A stretch of DNA of 64,000 bases from a virus: positions 37,211-101,210 of the IMG/VR virus record IMGVR_UViG_3300043539_001475. One strand, 5' to 3'. The position numbers were made by a program, and so were the translations under genes. The notes under the pieces are model-generated. The model had not been told where the DNA came from. It was given only the letters and a program-made list of their open reading frames with translations, and did not search any database. Below, piece after piece: positions 28,711-37,705 of the stretch. Positions within the stretch are counted from its first letter, which is position 1; every line of letters begins with the position of its first letter.

Positions 28711-28712
28711 AT

Positions 28713-29270
28713 ATGAAAAGTTCAACAGTATTAGGAATTGGCTTATTAGCAGTACTCGGAGTAGGGACTTATATTTACTTAAAAAGTGGTAAAATACCAT
28801 TTTTAGATAAATTTTCAGGAGAACTTTCTCCAACAAGCGGTAAAGTAAATAACACGGGAAGTACAACAGCCCCAACAAATGGTACAAAAAATCCAAGAAA
28901 AGGTTTTTTGACAAAAATTCTTGGACGAACACGTCCAAAAGCAAGCACACCATCCATAGCTGATACTTCTTTAGGGTTACAGCCTAAAGCTACAATAGAT
29001 ACTGTTATATCTATTGTTTCAGAAACACAAACTGAAAACTATAAAAAAGCTAAAGTGCTATCTAAAGATATTGAAGTTTTGATGGTAGAATTGAAAAATG
29101 CAGAAAATGAATTAAAAAGTTTTGATTACAAACCTATGACTACTTTTGAAACAAAAGCTCGTAAAAGGGAAGACATTGCGATAATTAAAAAACGAATGTC
29201 AGAAAAAACATCTCAAGCAAATGCTTTAGGTTACAAAATATTACCTTATGGCGAAATCGAAAAAATGTAA
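28713..29270 (+). CDS. Array member 8
   Basis: Conserved ends, unique centre. Confidence 0.85.
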   Translation: MKSSTVLGIGLLAVLGVGTYIYLKSGKIPFLDKFSGELSPTSGKVNNTGSTTAPTNGTKNPRKGFLTKILGRTRPKASTPSIADTSLGLQPKATIDTVISIVSETQTENYKKAKVLSKDIEVLMVELKNAENELKSFDYKPMTTFETKARKREDIAIIKKRMSEKTSQANALGYKILPYGEIEKM

Positions 29271-29296
29271 ATTAAAATAATGTAAATTAAAATAAT

Positions 29297-29716
29297 ATGA
29301 AAAGTTCAACAGTATTAGGAATTGGCTTATTAGCAGTACTCGGAGTAGGGGCTTATATTTATTTAAAACGTAAAAAAGCAACCGAATCAAGTGTAACTGT
29401 ACCTAGCACAAAAAACACATCAAATACAACAAGCGTTACACCTTCTGTGGCTGATGCTTCTTTAGGTTTGCCTACAAAAGTAACTGCTAGTGCAGAAGAG
29501 CAAAAAAACTATTTGGAAGCAAAAGACTTGGCTAGGATTTTATTACTAGATAATGCGAAGGTATTTGATAATGAGTTTAAATTATTAATTACAAAATATG
29601 GAATTAAATGGAATCCTATGTTGAGGCTTACGAGTATTTGGAGTAAAGCTCAAACTAAAAGAATAAACGCATTAGGCTACAAAGTGTTGCCTAACTACGA
29701 TATTGAAAAAATGTAA
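29297..29716 (+). CDS. Array member 9
   Basis: Ends NALGYKVLPNYDIEKM. Confidence 0.85.
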   Translation: MKSSTVLGIGLLAVLGVGAYIYLKRKKATESSVTVPSTKNTSNTTSVTPSVADASLGLPTKVTASAEEQKNYLEAKDLARILLLDNAKVFDNEFKLLITKYGIKWNPMLRLTSIWSKAQTKRINALGYKVLPNYDIEKM

Positions 29717-29723
29717 ATAAAAT

Positions 29724-30095
29724 ATGGCTCTTAATAAATATACACAACAAGAATTTTCAGATTGTATATTACTCGATGCAAAATTGCGTAAGAGTATAAT
29801 TATTGTTGCTGATTTGCAAAAAAAGAAACTTTCAGGAGGATTTAGTGCAATGGACAATCTTTTATTGAATCAAGAAATTGAGTTAAAAAATAAAAGGGAA
29901 ATGGAATTTTCTAAATCATCTTGTGCAAATAAAATTGAGTACAAAAGATTATTAGAAACTGGTCAAATTACTACTGAAATGGCTAAAAAGCAAGAAGATG
30001 ACATTTTGCCTAAAAATAACAATGAGCAGTACATTTACATTGGAATAGGAGTAGTTGTATTAATAACAAGTTTATATTTAATATTAAAGAAATAA
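29724..30095 (+). CDS. Cys-pair helical protein with C-terminal TM (paralog of 62814)
   Basis: CI.LD..L, SC..KIE..RL.ET and YI.IG..VLIT shared with 62814. Confidence 0.8.
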   Translation: MALNKYTQQEFSDCILLDAKLRKSIIIVADLQKKKLSGGFSAMDNLLLNQEIELKNKREMEFSKSSCANKIEYKRLLETGQITTEMAKKQEDDILPKNNNEQYIYIGIGVVVLITSLYLILKK

Positions 30096-30472
30096 TGGCA
30101 GTATCATCAAAAGATTTAGCTAAAGAATTTCCATACACCGAAGATTGTGAGTTATTGGCAAAACAAATTGATTTGCTTGTAATAAACAAAGAATATTGGA
30201 GTAGGCAATCTAATAATTCAGAAGCAGACGCTACAAATAATTATTTATCAGCTAAAAGAAAGTGGTATAATGTCTACGGGTGTCTTTCTAAAGTAAACGC
30301 TATAAAAATGAAAGATGTTAGCGGTGTTTTTAATGCTTTTGGCGAAGAAGACAAATTAAGAATAGAAAAACAAATAGCTTCAGAAGTAAAAAAAAGGAAC
30401 ATTATCGGATTATCAGTGTTAATGGTATCTTTGCTTATGATAATTATTTTAAGTGAGATTAGAAAAAAATAA
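30095..30472 (+). CDS. Cys-pair helical protein with C-terminal TM (paralog of 63368)
   Basis: C..K, D..RI...I and R..IG.SVL shared with 63368. Confidence 0.8.
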   Translation: MAVSSKDLAKEFPYTEDCELLAKQIDLLVINKEYWSRQSNNSEADATNNYLSAKRKWYNVYGCLSKVNAIKMKDVSGVFNAFGEEDKLRIEKQIASEVKKRNIIGLSVLMVSLLMIIILSEIRKK

Positions 30473-30476
30473 TAAT

Positions 30477-31091
30477 ATGAAAAATTCAACAATATTAGGA
30501 ATTGGCTTATTATCAGTAGTTGGAGTAGGTGCTTATATTTATCTAAAAGGTAAAAAAACAACAAATATAACAAGCGGTGCATCCTCTGTAGTAAATAGTT
30601 CTTTAGGATTGTCTACTGCATCAACAAATCCTACAACTGAAAATACAAAATTATTGCAGGATTTGGGTGTAATAATAACACCCACAACTGTAACTTTAAA
30701 TATTAAGCCAAACGAAGGTGTTCCTTTGCTTACAACCGAAAAGATACAAAACGCCTTGTCGGCTTTAGGTATAGACCCAACAAAGTCTATTTCTAAAGAA
30801 TTGACTCTTCCTAACTATGTTGAAGCTAAAAAAATAGCTAGTGACATGAAGATAATTAATGATGGAGCAGGTGCAATTGACCCATATAGAAATCCTACAA
30901 AATGGATTTACCCAAAAGAAATATTAAACAAATTTTCTAGTTTAGCAGGACAAACGGTAACTTCAACCGCATCATATCGTAATCCCCCTGAGCTTAAACC
31001 TAGTCGTTCAGAGTTATTAGCAAATATGACCAAAAAAGTAAACGCATTAGGCTACAAAGTGTTGCCTAACTACGATATTGAAAAAATGTAA
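30477..31091 (+). CDS. Array member 10
   Basis: ATG at 30477 (MKNSTILGIG); ends NALGYKVLPNYDIEKM. Confidence 0.85.
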   Translation: MKNSTILGIGLLSVVGVGAYIYLKGKKTTNITSGASSVVNSSLGLSTASTNPTTENTKLLQDLGVIITPTTVTLNIKPNEGVPLLTTEKIQNALSALGIDPTKSISKELTLPNYVEAKKIASDMKIINDGAGAIDPYRNPTKWIYPKEILNKFSSLAGQTVTSTASYRNPPELKPSRSELLANMTKKVNALGYKVLPNYDIEKM

Positions 31092-31094
31092 ATT

Positions 31095-31289
31095 ATGCCA
31101 GCAGGAAAAATATACGATACAGACGAAACAACTAGAATAAAAGATTTTCTAAATATTCAGACTAAAGAATTGAAAGCTTTAGAATCAGAAAAATCGGTTA
31201 CAGATAAAACTGTAATTCGTTATGCTATAGTCATCTCTGGTGCTGTAATTGTTTTGTTAGCAGTAAAGTTTTTAACAAGAAAAAAATAA
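31095..31289 (+). CDS. Small C-terminal TM protein
   Basis: DET..I...ESEK.V resembles the 62814 tail. Confidence 0.7.
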   Translation: MPAGKIYDTDETTRIKDFLNIQTKELKALESEKSVTDKTVIRYAIVISGAVIVLLAVKFLTRKK

Positions 31290-31290
31290 A

Positions 31291-31827
31291 ATGGGAAAAT
31301 CGACAACATTAGGAATTGGATTATTAGCAGTACTCGGAGCAGGTGCTTATATTTATCTAAAAAATAAAAAAGCAACCACGCCAAGTGGAATTATTGATAA
31401 CACAACAAATAAAACTGGAATTGTAACGCCTCCAAAAAAAGGTTTATTACCAAGTTTTTTAGGAGGAACACCTCCAAAAGCAAGCACACCATCAATAGCT
31501 GATACGTCTTTAGGATTACAGCCTACAACTACAACAGCTACAATAGACGAAACTAAAACAAATAATTATATTATTGCTAAAAATCTTTCATTAGAAATAA
31601 TGGATTTGCAAAAAAAGATTAACAATTTATCTATTGATTTTCAAAAAATATTTCCTAAAAGTCGAATGGAAATGGACATGTATCAAAATATGGAAGTTGA
31701 CAGAGAGAGAAAAACAAAAGTTGATTTGCCAAAGATGGTAATGACTAGAGATATGCAGAAAAAATCATCAGAAGCAAACGCTTTGGGTTACAAAATATTG
31801 CCTTACGGTTTAATTGAAAAAATGTAA
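31291..31827 (+). CDS. Array member 11
   Basis: IDETKTNNYI.AK to [16 protein letters not shown]. Confidence 0.85.
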   Translation: MGKSTTLGIGLLAVLGAGAYIYLKNKKATTPSGIIDNTTNKTGIVTPPKKGLLPSFLGGTPPKASTPSIADTSLGLQPTTTTATIDETKTNNYIIAKNLSLEIMDLQKKINNLSIDFQKIFPKSRMEMDMYQNMEVDRERKTKVDLPKMVMTRDMQKKSSEANALGYKILPYGLIEKM

Positions 31828-31832
31828 ATAAA

Positions 31833-32366
31833 ATGGAAAAATCAACAGCATTGGGAATTGGCTTATTAGCAGTAGTGGGAGTAGGCGCTTATGTTTATTT
31901 AAAAAGAAAAAAATCAACTACAACTACAACTACAACCACCTCATCTTCTGCGGTAGATAGCTCTTTAGGACTACCTGCCGTAACTACAACTACTTCGGTA
32001 GTAGATACTGCAACTGGTGCGACTAAAACAACTAAAACAGATACAACAAGCGGAACTGCTGTAACTACTGTAACAAATGTAATAGACGAGACTAAAACTA
32101 ATAATTACATCATGGCAAAAAAGATTTCAGAGGAAATAGCAAGTTTGCAAGATGAAATCAATAAATTAGAATTAGAATTTACTAAATGGTCTAAAGATTT
32201 TAGATTTCGTGGGGTAGGAAGTCGAACAGCTTATATAAATTCACAACGGGTTGATATGGTTACTAAACCTATTTATGGTATAAAAATAAAAATGCAAAAC
32301 CTAACACCTCAAGCAAACGCTTTGGGTTACAAAATATTGCCTTACGGTTTAATTGAAAAAATGTAA
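31833..32366 (+). CDS. Array member 12
   Basis: IDETKTNNYI.AK to [16 protein letters not shown]. Confidence 0.85.
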   Translation: MEKSTALGIGLLAVVGVGAYVYLKRKKSTTTTTTTTSSSAVDSSLGLPAVTTTTSVVDTATGATKTTKTDTTSGTAVTTVTNVIDETKTNNYIMAKKISEEIASLQDEINKLELEFTKWSKDFRFRGVGSRTAYINSQRVDMVTKPIYGIKIKMQNLTPQANALGYKILPYGLIEKM

Positions 32367-32377
32367 ATTAAAATAAC

Positions 32378-32941
32378 ATGAAAAAATCTTTGTTAATAAT
32401 AGGTGGATTTGGTGTAATTGGTTTTGCACTATATCGTTATTTTAAGTATCAGGTAGAGTTAGCTTTGCAATATGACTACAATGTTAAAAACCTTAATGTT
32501 GTAAGTGTAGATGAAAACAAAGTTAACGTAACGGTTGATTTTGATATTACTAACAAATCTAGCTTTGAGATAATATTAAATAGCTATGATTTAGAATTTT
32601 ACTTTAAAGATGTACCGTTTGGAACCTCTTTTTCTGCAAATCCTATAAAAATCATGCCTAACAGTAAGTTTACAGTAAAAGCTAATGGGATTATTGATGC
32701 AAATGCAGTAAAGTCTTCTGCGTTAGCCTTAGCTTCTGATATATGGGCTAGGAAGCCAATAAATATACAACTTAAAGGAAAAATGAAAATTAAATTTTTA
32801 GGTATTAACACTACCCTTAATTTTGACAAAGAAAGTTTCGAATATTCAGCAGACTTGTTGAAAGATTACGGACTAGATAAGCCTTTGCATAATTTAGCAG
32901 TAAAATATCCAAAATTAGGTAGCGTATTAAGAATAAAATAA
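32378..32941 (+). CDS. LEA_2/WHy-like beta-sandwich protein with N-terminal TM
   Basis: F.ITN.S.F.I.L....E.Y....FG..I.I.PN pattern. Confidence 0.65.
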   Translation: MKKSLLIIGGFGVIGFALYRYFKYQVELALQYDYNVKNLNVVSVDENKVNVTVDFDITNKSSFEIILNSYDLEFYFKDVPFGTSFSANPIKIMPNSKFTVKANGIIDANAVKSSALALASDIWARKPINIQLKGKMKIKFLGINTTLNFDKESFEYSADLLKDYGLDKPLHNLAVKYPKLGSVLRIK

Positions 32942-32976
32942 TTATTTTTACCGATAAAAACTTAAACAAACAAACT

Positions 32977-33387
32977 ATGGTAGTTGGAATGGTAAAAAAA
33001 ATTATGTTAACTGGCATAGACAAGTATGCGAAAATATACGATGCTACATCAGTACAAGTTCAGATAAAAGTTACAAATCAGGTTGAAGGAACAGTCAACT
33101 ATGAAATGTGCAAAGAATTTAAGTCAATTGATAAAATTAGATTTTTAGATATATTGGATAAAAAAATAGACATATTTCAATATGAAAGTTTGGCAAATCC
33201 TTTTTTAAAAAAATCTTTGATTCAGTTTTCGATAGAGGTAGATGACGATATTGACAATGTGAGCTGTTATATAGTTCAGTATTTAGATAAGGAGGGAGGT
33301 AAACAAATTGGTCTTAAATTTTTTAATGGAAGTAAAAATATTAAAAACATATCCTTAGTTAAGCATTTAGAGCAATTAGGGCTTTAA
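32977..33387 (+). CDS. Hypothetical protein
   Basis: ORF. Confidence 0.7.
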   Translation: MVVGMVKKIMLTGIDKYAKIYDATSVQVQIKVTNQVEGTVNYEMCKEFKSIDKIRFLDILDKKIDIFQYESLANPFLKKSLIQFSIEVDDDIDNVSCYIVQYLDKEGGKQIGLKFFNGSKNIKNISLVKHLEQLGL

Positions 33388-33400
33388 AAAAATTTTAAGA

Positions 33401-33706
33401 ATGGCATTAGAAAAAACTGAAAAAAATAAAAGCAAAGAAATAAATGTTAGTTCATCAGATATAGAATGGATTAAAAGTACTCTAACACAAATGAGTTCTA
33501 AAATGCAAGAAGTTGATGCTTCTTTAATAAAGCTTAATCAAACAGTAATAGGCGATAAACTTTATGGTCAAACTGGTTTAGTTGAAAAAGTAGAACAACA
33601 TGAAAATTATATAGAAAAAGACAAAGAGTTTAAATCAAAAATTATCGGTGGAGGAATAGCTGTTGCTTTTTTATGGGGTCTACTGCTAAAATTATTAAAA
33701 ATATAA
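33401..33706 (+). CDS. Coiled-coil protein with C-terminal TM
   Basis: GL..KV...E motif; hydrophobic tail. Confidence 0.7.
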   Translation: MALEKTEKNKSKEINVSSSDIEWIKSTLTQMSSKMQEVDASLIKLNQTVIGDKLYGQTGLVEKVEQHENYIEKDKEFKSKIIGGGIAVAFLWGLLLKLLKI

Positions 33707-33718
33707 AATAAAAAAAAA

Positions 33719-36700
33719 ATGGGAAATGTAACTAAATCACAAGCAAATAATATAAGAACGCCAGACGGTAACAGTCTAGCTGTTTTTGTTGACGGAGTAA
33801 GCGGAATAATAAAGGTAAAAGATATAATGGGTAACATTCAACCGTTATCTGATTATATAAGTGGTGGTGGCGGAGGAGGATGTAGCCCTTTTCAATACGA
33901 TGCTAACGCAACGGGTATAGAGCCAATACTAGGCACTAATAATGCTTCGGGTTGTTTTGCTACTATTGGAGGAGGTGGCACTAATAATGCTTCTGGATGT
34001 TTTTCTGCAATTGTTGGAGGTAGTAACAATACTGCTACTGCAAATTGCTCAACAGTTGGTGGGGGGTCTCTCAATACAGCTACTGGAACCTGCTCTACTG
34101 TTAGCGGAGGTCGATGTAATAGTGCTTTAAATGCTAGTGCAACAGCTGGAGGAGGTTTTAGAAATATCGCTTGTGGTCAAGGGTCAATAATTGGAGGTGG
34201 TGTTTGTAATACTGCTTTTGGATTTTGCTCAACAATAGGAGGTGGGGAATCTAATACTGCTAATGGATATTGCTCAACAATAGGTGGTGGTATTTGTAAT
34301 GTTACTAACGGATATGGTTCAACTGTGGCTGGGGGTAGTTTTAATAAGGCTTTTAGTCAAGACGTAACAGTTGGAGGGGGGCAATCTAATATTGCTTGCG
34401 CTAGTAAATCAACAATTGCGGGAGGTTATACCAATACTATTTGCCTTGGAGCTGATAATTCAGCAATAGGCGGAGGTTCAACTAATATTGTTTCTGCAAC
34501 TGCTTCTTCTTCGACAATTGGTGGTGGTTGTGGTAATACTGCTTCTAATGTTTGGTCAACACTAGGTGGTGGTTATAGTAATACTGCTTCTAACATTAAA
34601 TCAACAGTTGGTGGGGGTGGAAATAATACTGCTTCTGGTTATAGTTCAACAGTTGTTGGAGGTTGTCAAAATACAGCTTCTGGCTGTAATTCAGCTGTTG
34701 CAGGTGGACAATATAACCTTTCTTCTGGTATTAAATCAACAGTTGGTGGAGGTAGCAATAATACTGCTTCTGCAAATTGCTCAATAGTTGCAGGTGGTTG
34801 TACTAATACTGCTTCTGGATGTTGGTCAGGAATAGTTGGAGGTCGTAGAAACACTTCTTGTGGAAATTATTCGATTGTTTCAGGTGGTTATTGCAACACA
34901 GCTAACGGAGTACTCTCTTTTATAGGTAGTGGAAAATGTAACAGAATATTCCCTTCTGCAAATCTTGGCGGTAGTGCAAGATATGGAGATGTAATAGCAG
35001 GGGGTTGTAAAAATACCATTAATACTAATACTTATGCTACTACTTACTCGCCTGTTGGAGGAAGTACAATTTCTGGAGGGGTTTGTAATGTCATAACGCC
35101 TTACCAAGGAAGTGTGACAATTAGTGGCGGTACTAATAATATAGCGCAATGTGATTTAACAACAGTTGGAGGTGGTGTGCAGAATACTGCTTCTGGATGT
35201 TATTCTGTAATTGGTGGCGGTTCTGGCAATACTACATCTCAAAAAGGTTCAGTCATTTCTGGAGGTCAAGGTAATACTGCATCAAATTATTTTGCATCTT
35301 CACTTGGAGGTAAGTCAAATATTGTTAGTGGTACATACTCTTCAATTGTAGGAGGTAAGATAAATGTTAATTCAGGCTATCAGTCGTCAATTTTAGGAGG
35401 AACTTACAATGTTATGTGCGGTACTCAATCAGTAATAGGTGGTGGTTTTTGCAACATTAATTCAGGTACAACCTCAACAATTGGTGGTGGTAATACTAAC
35501 AATGCTTCTAATACAGACACAACAATTGGCGGAGGTTCAAATAATACTGCTTCTGCTTGCCGTTCAACAATTGGCGGAGGTGCTTTTAATACTGCTTCTG
35601 CAACTGTTTCAACCGTAGGAGCTGGTTGTTGCAACATAACAAATTCAAGGTTTTCATTTATTGGAGGAGGACAAAGAAATATAATTCAATCGCCAACAAA
35701 CGAATGTTGTTCTCTTGGAGTTACAATAGGCGGTGGTATTGGTCATAATACAAATGGCGGAACTTTTAACGCTACTACTGGGATTTTAAGTGGCGCAATT
35801 ACTTGTTGTAATGCTGGTAAATTATCTACAATTGGAGGTGGTTTTAGAAATAAAGCTATTGGTTCTTGTTCAACAGTTGGAGGAGGCTTAAGCAATGTTG
35901 CTTCTACTGACTCAACCATTGGAGGTGGTTTTTGTAACAATGCTTCTAATAGTAGTTCAACAATTGGAGGAGGTGGTACTAACACTGCATCGGGAGTTTC
36001 TTCAACAGTTGGTGGTGGTGGTCAATGCTACAATAATGGGGGTTTTTATGGCACTGGAAATATTGCTTCTGGTACGTCATCAACAGTTAGTGGTGGTCAG
36101 GGAAATACTGCATCGGGAATTGCTTCAAAAGTTGGTGGGGGTTGTTATAATACTGCTTCTGGATGTTATTCTGTAATCGGGGGTGGTTGTTTAAATACTG
36201 CTTCTGTTTCTCTATCAACGGTTGGAGGAGGCTCAAGCAATATTGCTTGTAGTACAGCAACAGTTGGGGGTGGTTTTAGTAATACTGCGTGTGGCGATGT
36301 TTCAACAATTAGTGGGGGTTGTTATAACAATGCTTCTGCTTCTTATTCAACAATTGGTGGAGGTCGGCAAAATACTGCTTGTGGAAATGCTTCGTCAATT
36401 GGAGGGGGTTGTTATAATACTGCTTCTGCTTGCCGTTCAACAATTGGTGGAGGTGCTTTTAATACTGCTTCTGCAACTGTTTCAACCGTAGGAGCTGGTT
36501 GTTGCAACATAACAAATTCAAGGTTTTCATTTATTGGAGGAGGACAAAGAAATATAATTCAATCGCCAACAAACGAATGTTGTTCTCTTGGAGTTACAAT
36601 AGGCGGTGGTGTTGGTCATAATACTACTGGAGGAACTTTTAATGCCTCTACGGGAGATTTAACTGGCGCAATTACTTGTTGTAATGCTGGTAAATTATCT

Positions 36701-37420
36701 ACAATTGCAGGTGGTTTTAGAAATAAAGCTACTGGTTGTTTGTCAACAGTTGGAGGTGGTGCATCTAATACTTCCTCTAATTATCACTCAACCGTTGGAG
36801 GTGGTTTTAGTAACAATGCTTCTAATAATAGTTCAACAATTGGAGGAGGTGGTATTAACACTGCATCGGGAGTTTCTTCAACAGTTGGTGGTGGTGGTCA
36901 ATTCTACAGTAGTGGGGGTACTTATGGCGCTCCAAATATTGCTTCTGGTACGTCATCAACAGTTAGTGGTGGTCAGGGAAATACTGCATCGGGAATTGCT
37001 TCAAAAGTTGGTGGTGGTTATAGTAATACTGCTTCTGGATGTTATTCTGTAATCGGGGGTGGTTGTACAAATACTGCTTCTGTTTCTCTATCAACGGTTG
37101 GAGGAGGCTCAAGCAATACTGCTTCTGGTTTAGCAACAATTGGGGGTGGTTTTGGAAATCTTGCGTCTGGCTGTATTTCAACAATTAGTGGGGGTTGTTA
37201 TAATACTGCTTCTGGAATTAGTTCTAGTATCTTAGGAGGTGAATCAAATAGCACAAACACTTGTGCTTGTGCAATGATTGTAGGCTCTAATATTACAGCA
37301 AACAGAGCTTGTGCTACATTTGTAAATAATCTTTCTATTACAAACATCCCAACATCATCAGCAGGTTTACCTACTGGTTCTGTATGGAGTAATTCAGGAA
37401 TTTTGACAATAGTTCCGTAA
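33719..37420 (+). CDS. Gly/Ser/Cys-rich beta-solenoid fibre protein 1
   Basis: About 14-aa ST(V/I)GGG..N.ASG repeats; IPTSSAGLP.GSVW C-terminal cap. Confidence 0.8.
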   Translation: MGNVTKSQANNIRTPDGNSLAVFVDGVSGIIKVKDIMGNIQPLSDYISGGGGGGCSPFQYDANATGIEPILGTNNASGCFATIGGGGTNNASGCFSAIVGGSNNTATANCSTVGGGSLNTATGTCSTVSGGRCNSALNASATAGGGFRNIACGQGSIIGGGVCNTAFGFCSTIGGGESNTANGYCSTIGGGICNVTNGYGSTVAGGSFNKAFSQDVTVGGGQSNIACASKSTIAGGYTNTICLGADNSAIGGGSTNIVSATASSSTIGGGCGNTASNVWSTLGGGYSNTASNIKSTVGGGGNNTASGYSSTVVGGCQNTASGCNSAVAGGQYNLSSGIKSTVGGGSNNTASANCSIVAGGCTNTASGCWSGIVGGRRNTSCGNYSIVSGGYCNTANGVLSFIGSGKCNRIFPSANLGGSARYGDVIAGGCKNTINTNTYATTYSPVGGSTISGGVCNVITPYQGSVTISGGTNNIAQCDLTTVGGGVQNTASGCYSVIGGGSGNTTSQKGSVISGGQGNTASNYFASSLGGKSNIVSGTYSSIVGGKINVNSGYQSSILGGTYNVMCGTQSVIGGGFCNINSGTTSTIGGGNTNNASNTDTTIGGGSNNTASACRSTIGGGAFNTASATVSTVGAGCCNITNSRFSFIGGGQRNIIQSPTNECCSLGVTIGGGIGHNTNGGTFNATTGILSGAITCCNAGKLSTIGGGFRNKAIGSCSTVGGGLSNVASTDSTIGGGFCNNASNSSSTIGGGGTNTASGVSSTVGGGGQCYNNGGFYGTGNIASGTSSTVSGGQGNTASGIASKVGGGCYNTASGCYSVIGGGCLNTASVSLSTVGGGSSNIACSTATVGGGFSNTACGDVSTISGGCYNNASASYSTIGGGRQNTACGNASSIGGGCYNTASACRSTIGGGAFNTASATVSTVGAGCCNITNSRFSFIGGGQRNIIQSPTNECCSLGVTIGGGVGHNTTGGTFNASTGDLTGAITCCNAGKLSTIAGGFRNKATGCLSTVGGGASNTSSNYHSTVGGGFSNNASNNSSTIGGGGINTASGVSSTVGGGGQFYSSGGTYGAPNIASGTSSTVSGGQGNTASGIASKVGGGYSNTASGCYSVIGGGCTNTASVSLSTVGGGSSNTASGLATIGGGFGNLASGCISTISGGCYNTASGISSSILGGESNSTNTCACAMIVGSNITANRACATFVNNLSITNIPTSSAGLPTGSVWSNSGILTIVP

Positions 37421-37435
37421 ATAAAAACATAAAAA

Positions 37436-37696
37436 ATGAATAAACTAGAAATAGTAGTTGGAAGTTTGCAAATATCAAATGGAGGTGTAATAATACTTGT
37501 TATTCCAAAAGATGCGTGTGCTATTGATACGTTAGCTTTACAAAATACAATTCCTATTGCTTCAATTTTTAATAAATATTTAGCGAACTTTACATCAGTA
37601 TTTAATCAGCCTTTATCAAATTGTGTTGATTCAACTAATACTGTATTTACACAAAGTACTTTTATTGCTTTTGCCGAAGCTAATTTAGGGTTTTAA
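37436..37696 (+). CDS. Stand-alone 86-aa fibre adaptor ('LGF') domain
   Basis: Homologous to the N-termini of 1984, 37706 and 40009; ends FAEANLGF. Confidence 0.8.
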   Translation: MNKLEIVVGSLQISNGGVIILVIPKDACAIDTLALQNTIPIASIFNKYLANFTSVFNQPLSNCVDSTNTVFTQSTFIAFAEANLGF

Positions 37697-37705
37697 AAAA
37701 AAATA

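Noticed and set aside
24572-32366. CRISPR array or diversity-generating retroelement as the cause of the constant/variable pattern
   Set aside because: Units are whole genes of unequal length; there are no fixed repeats with spacers, no reverse transcriptase, and differences are not adenine-specific
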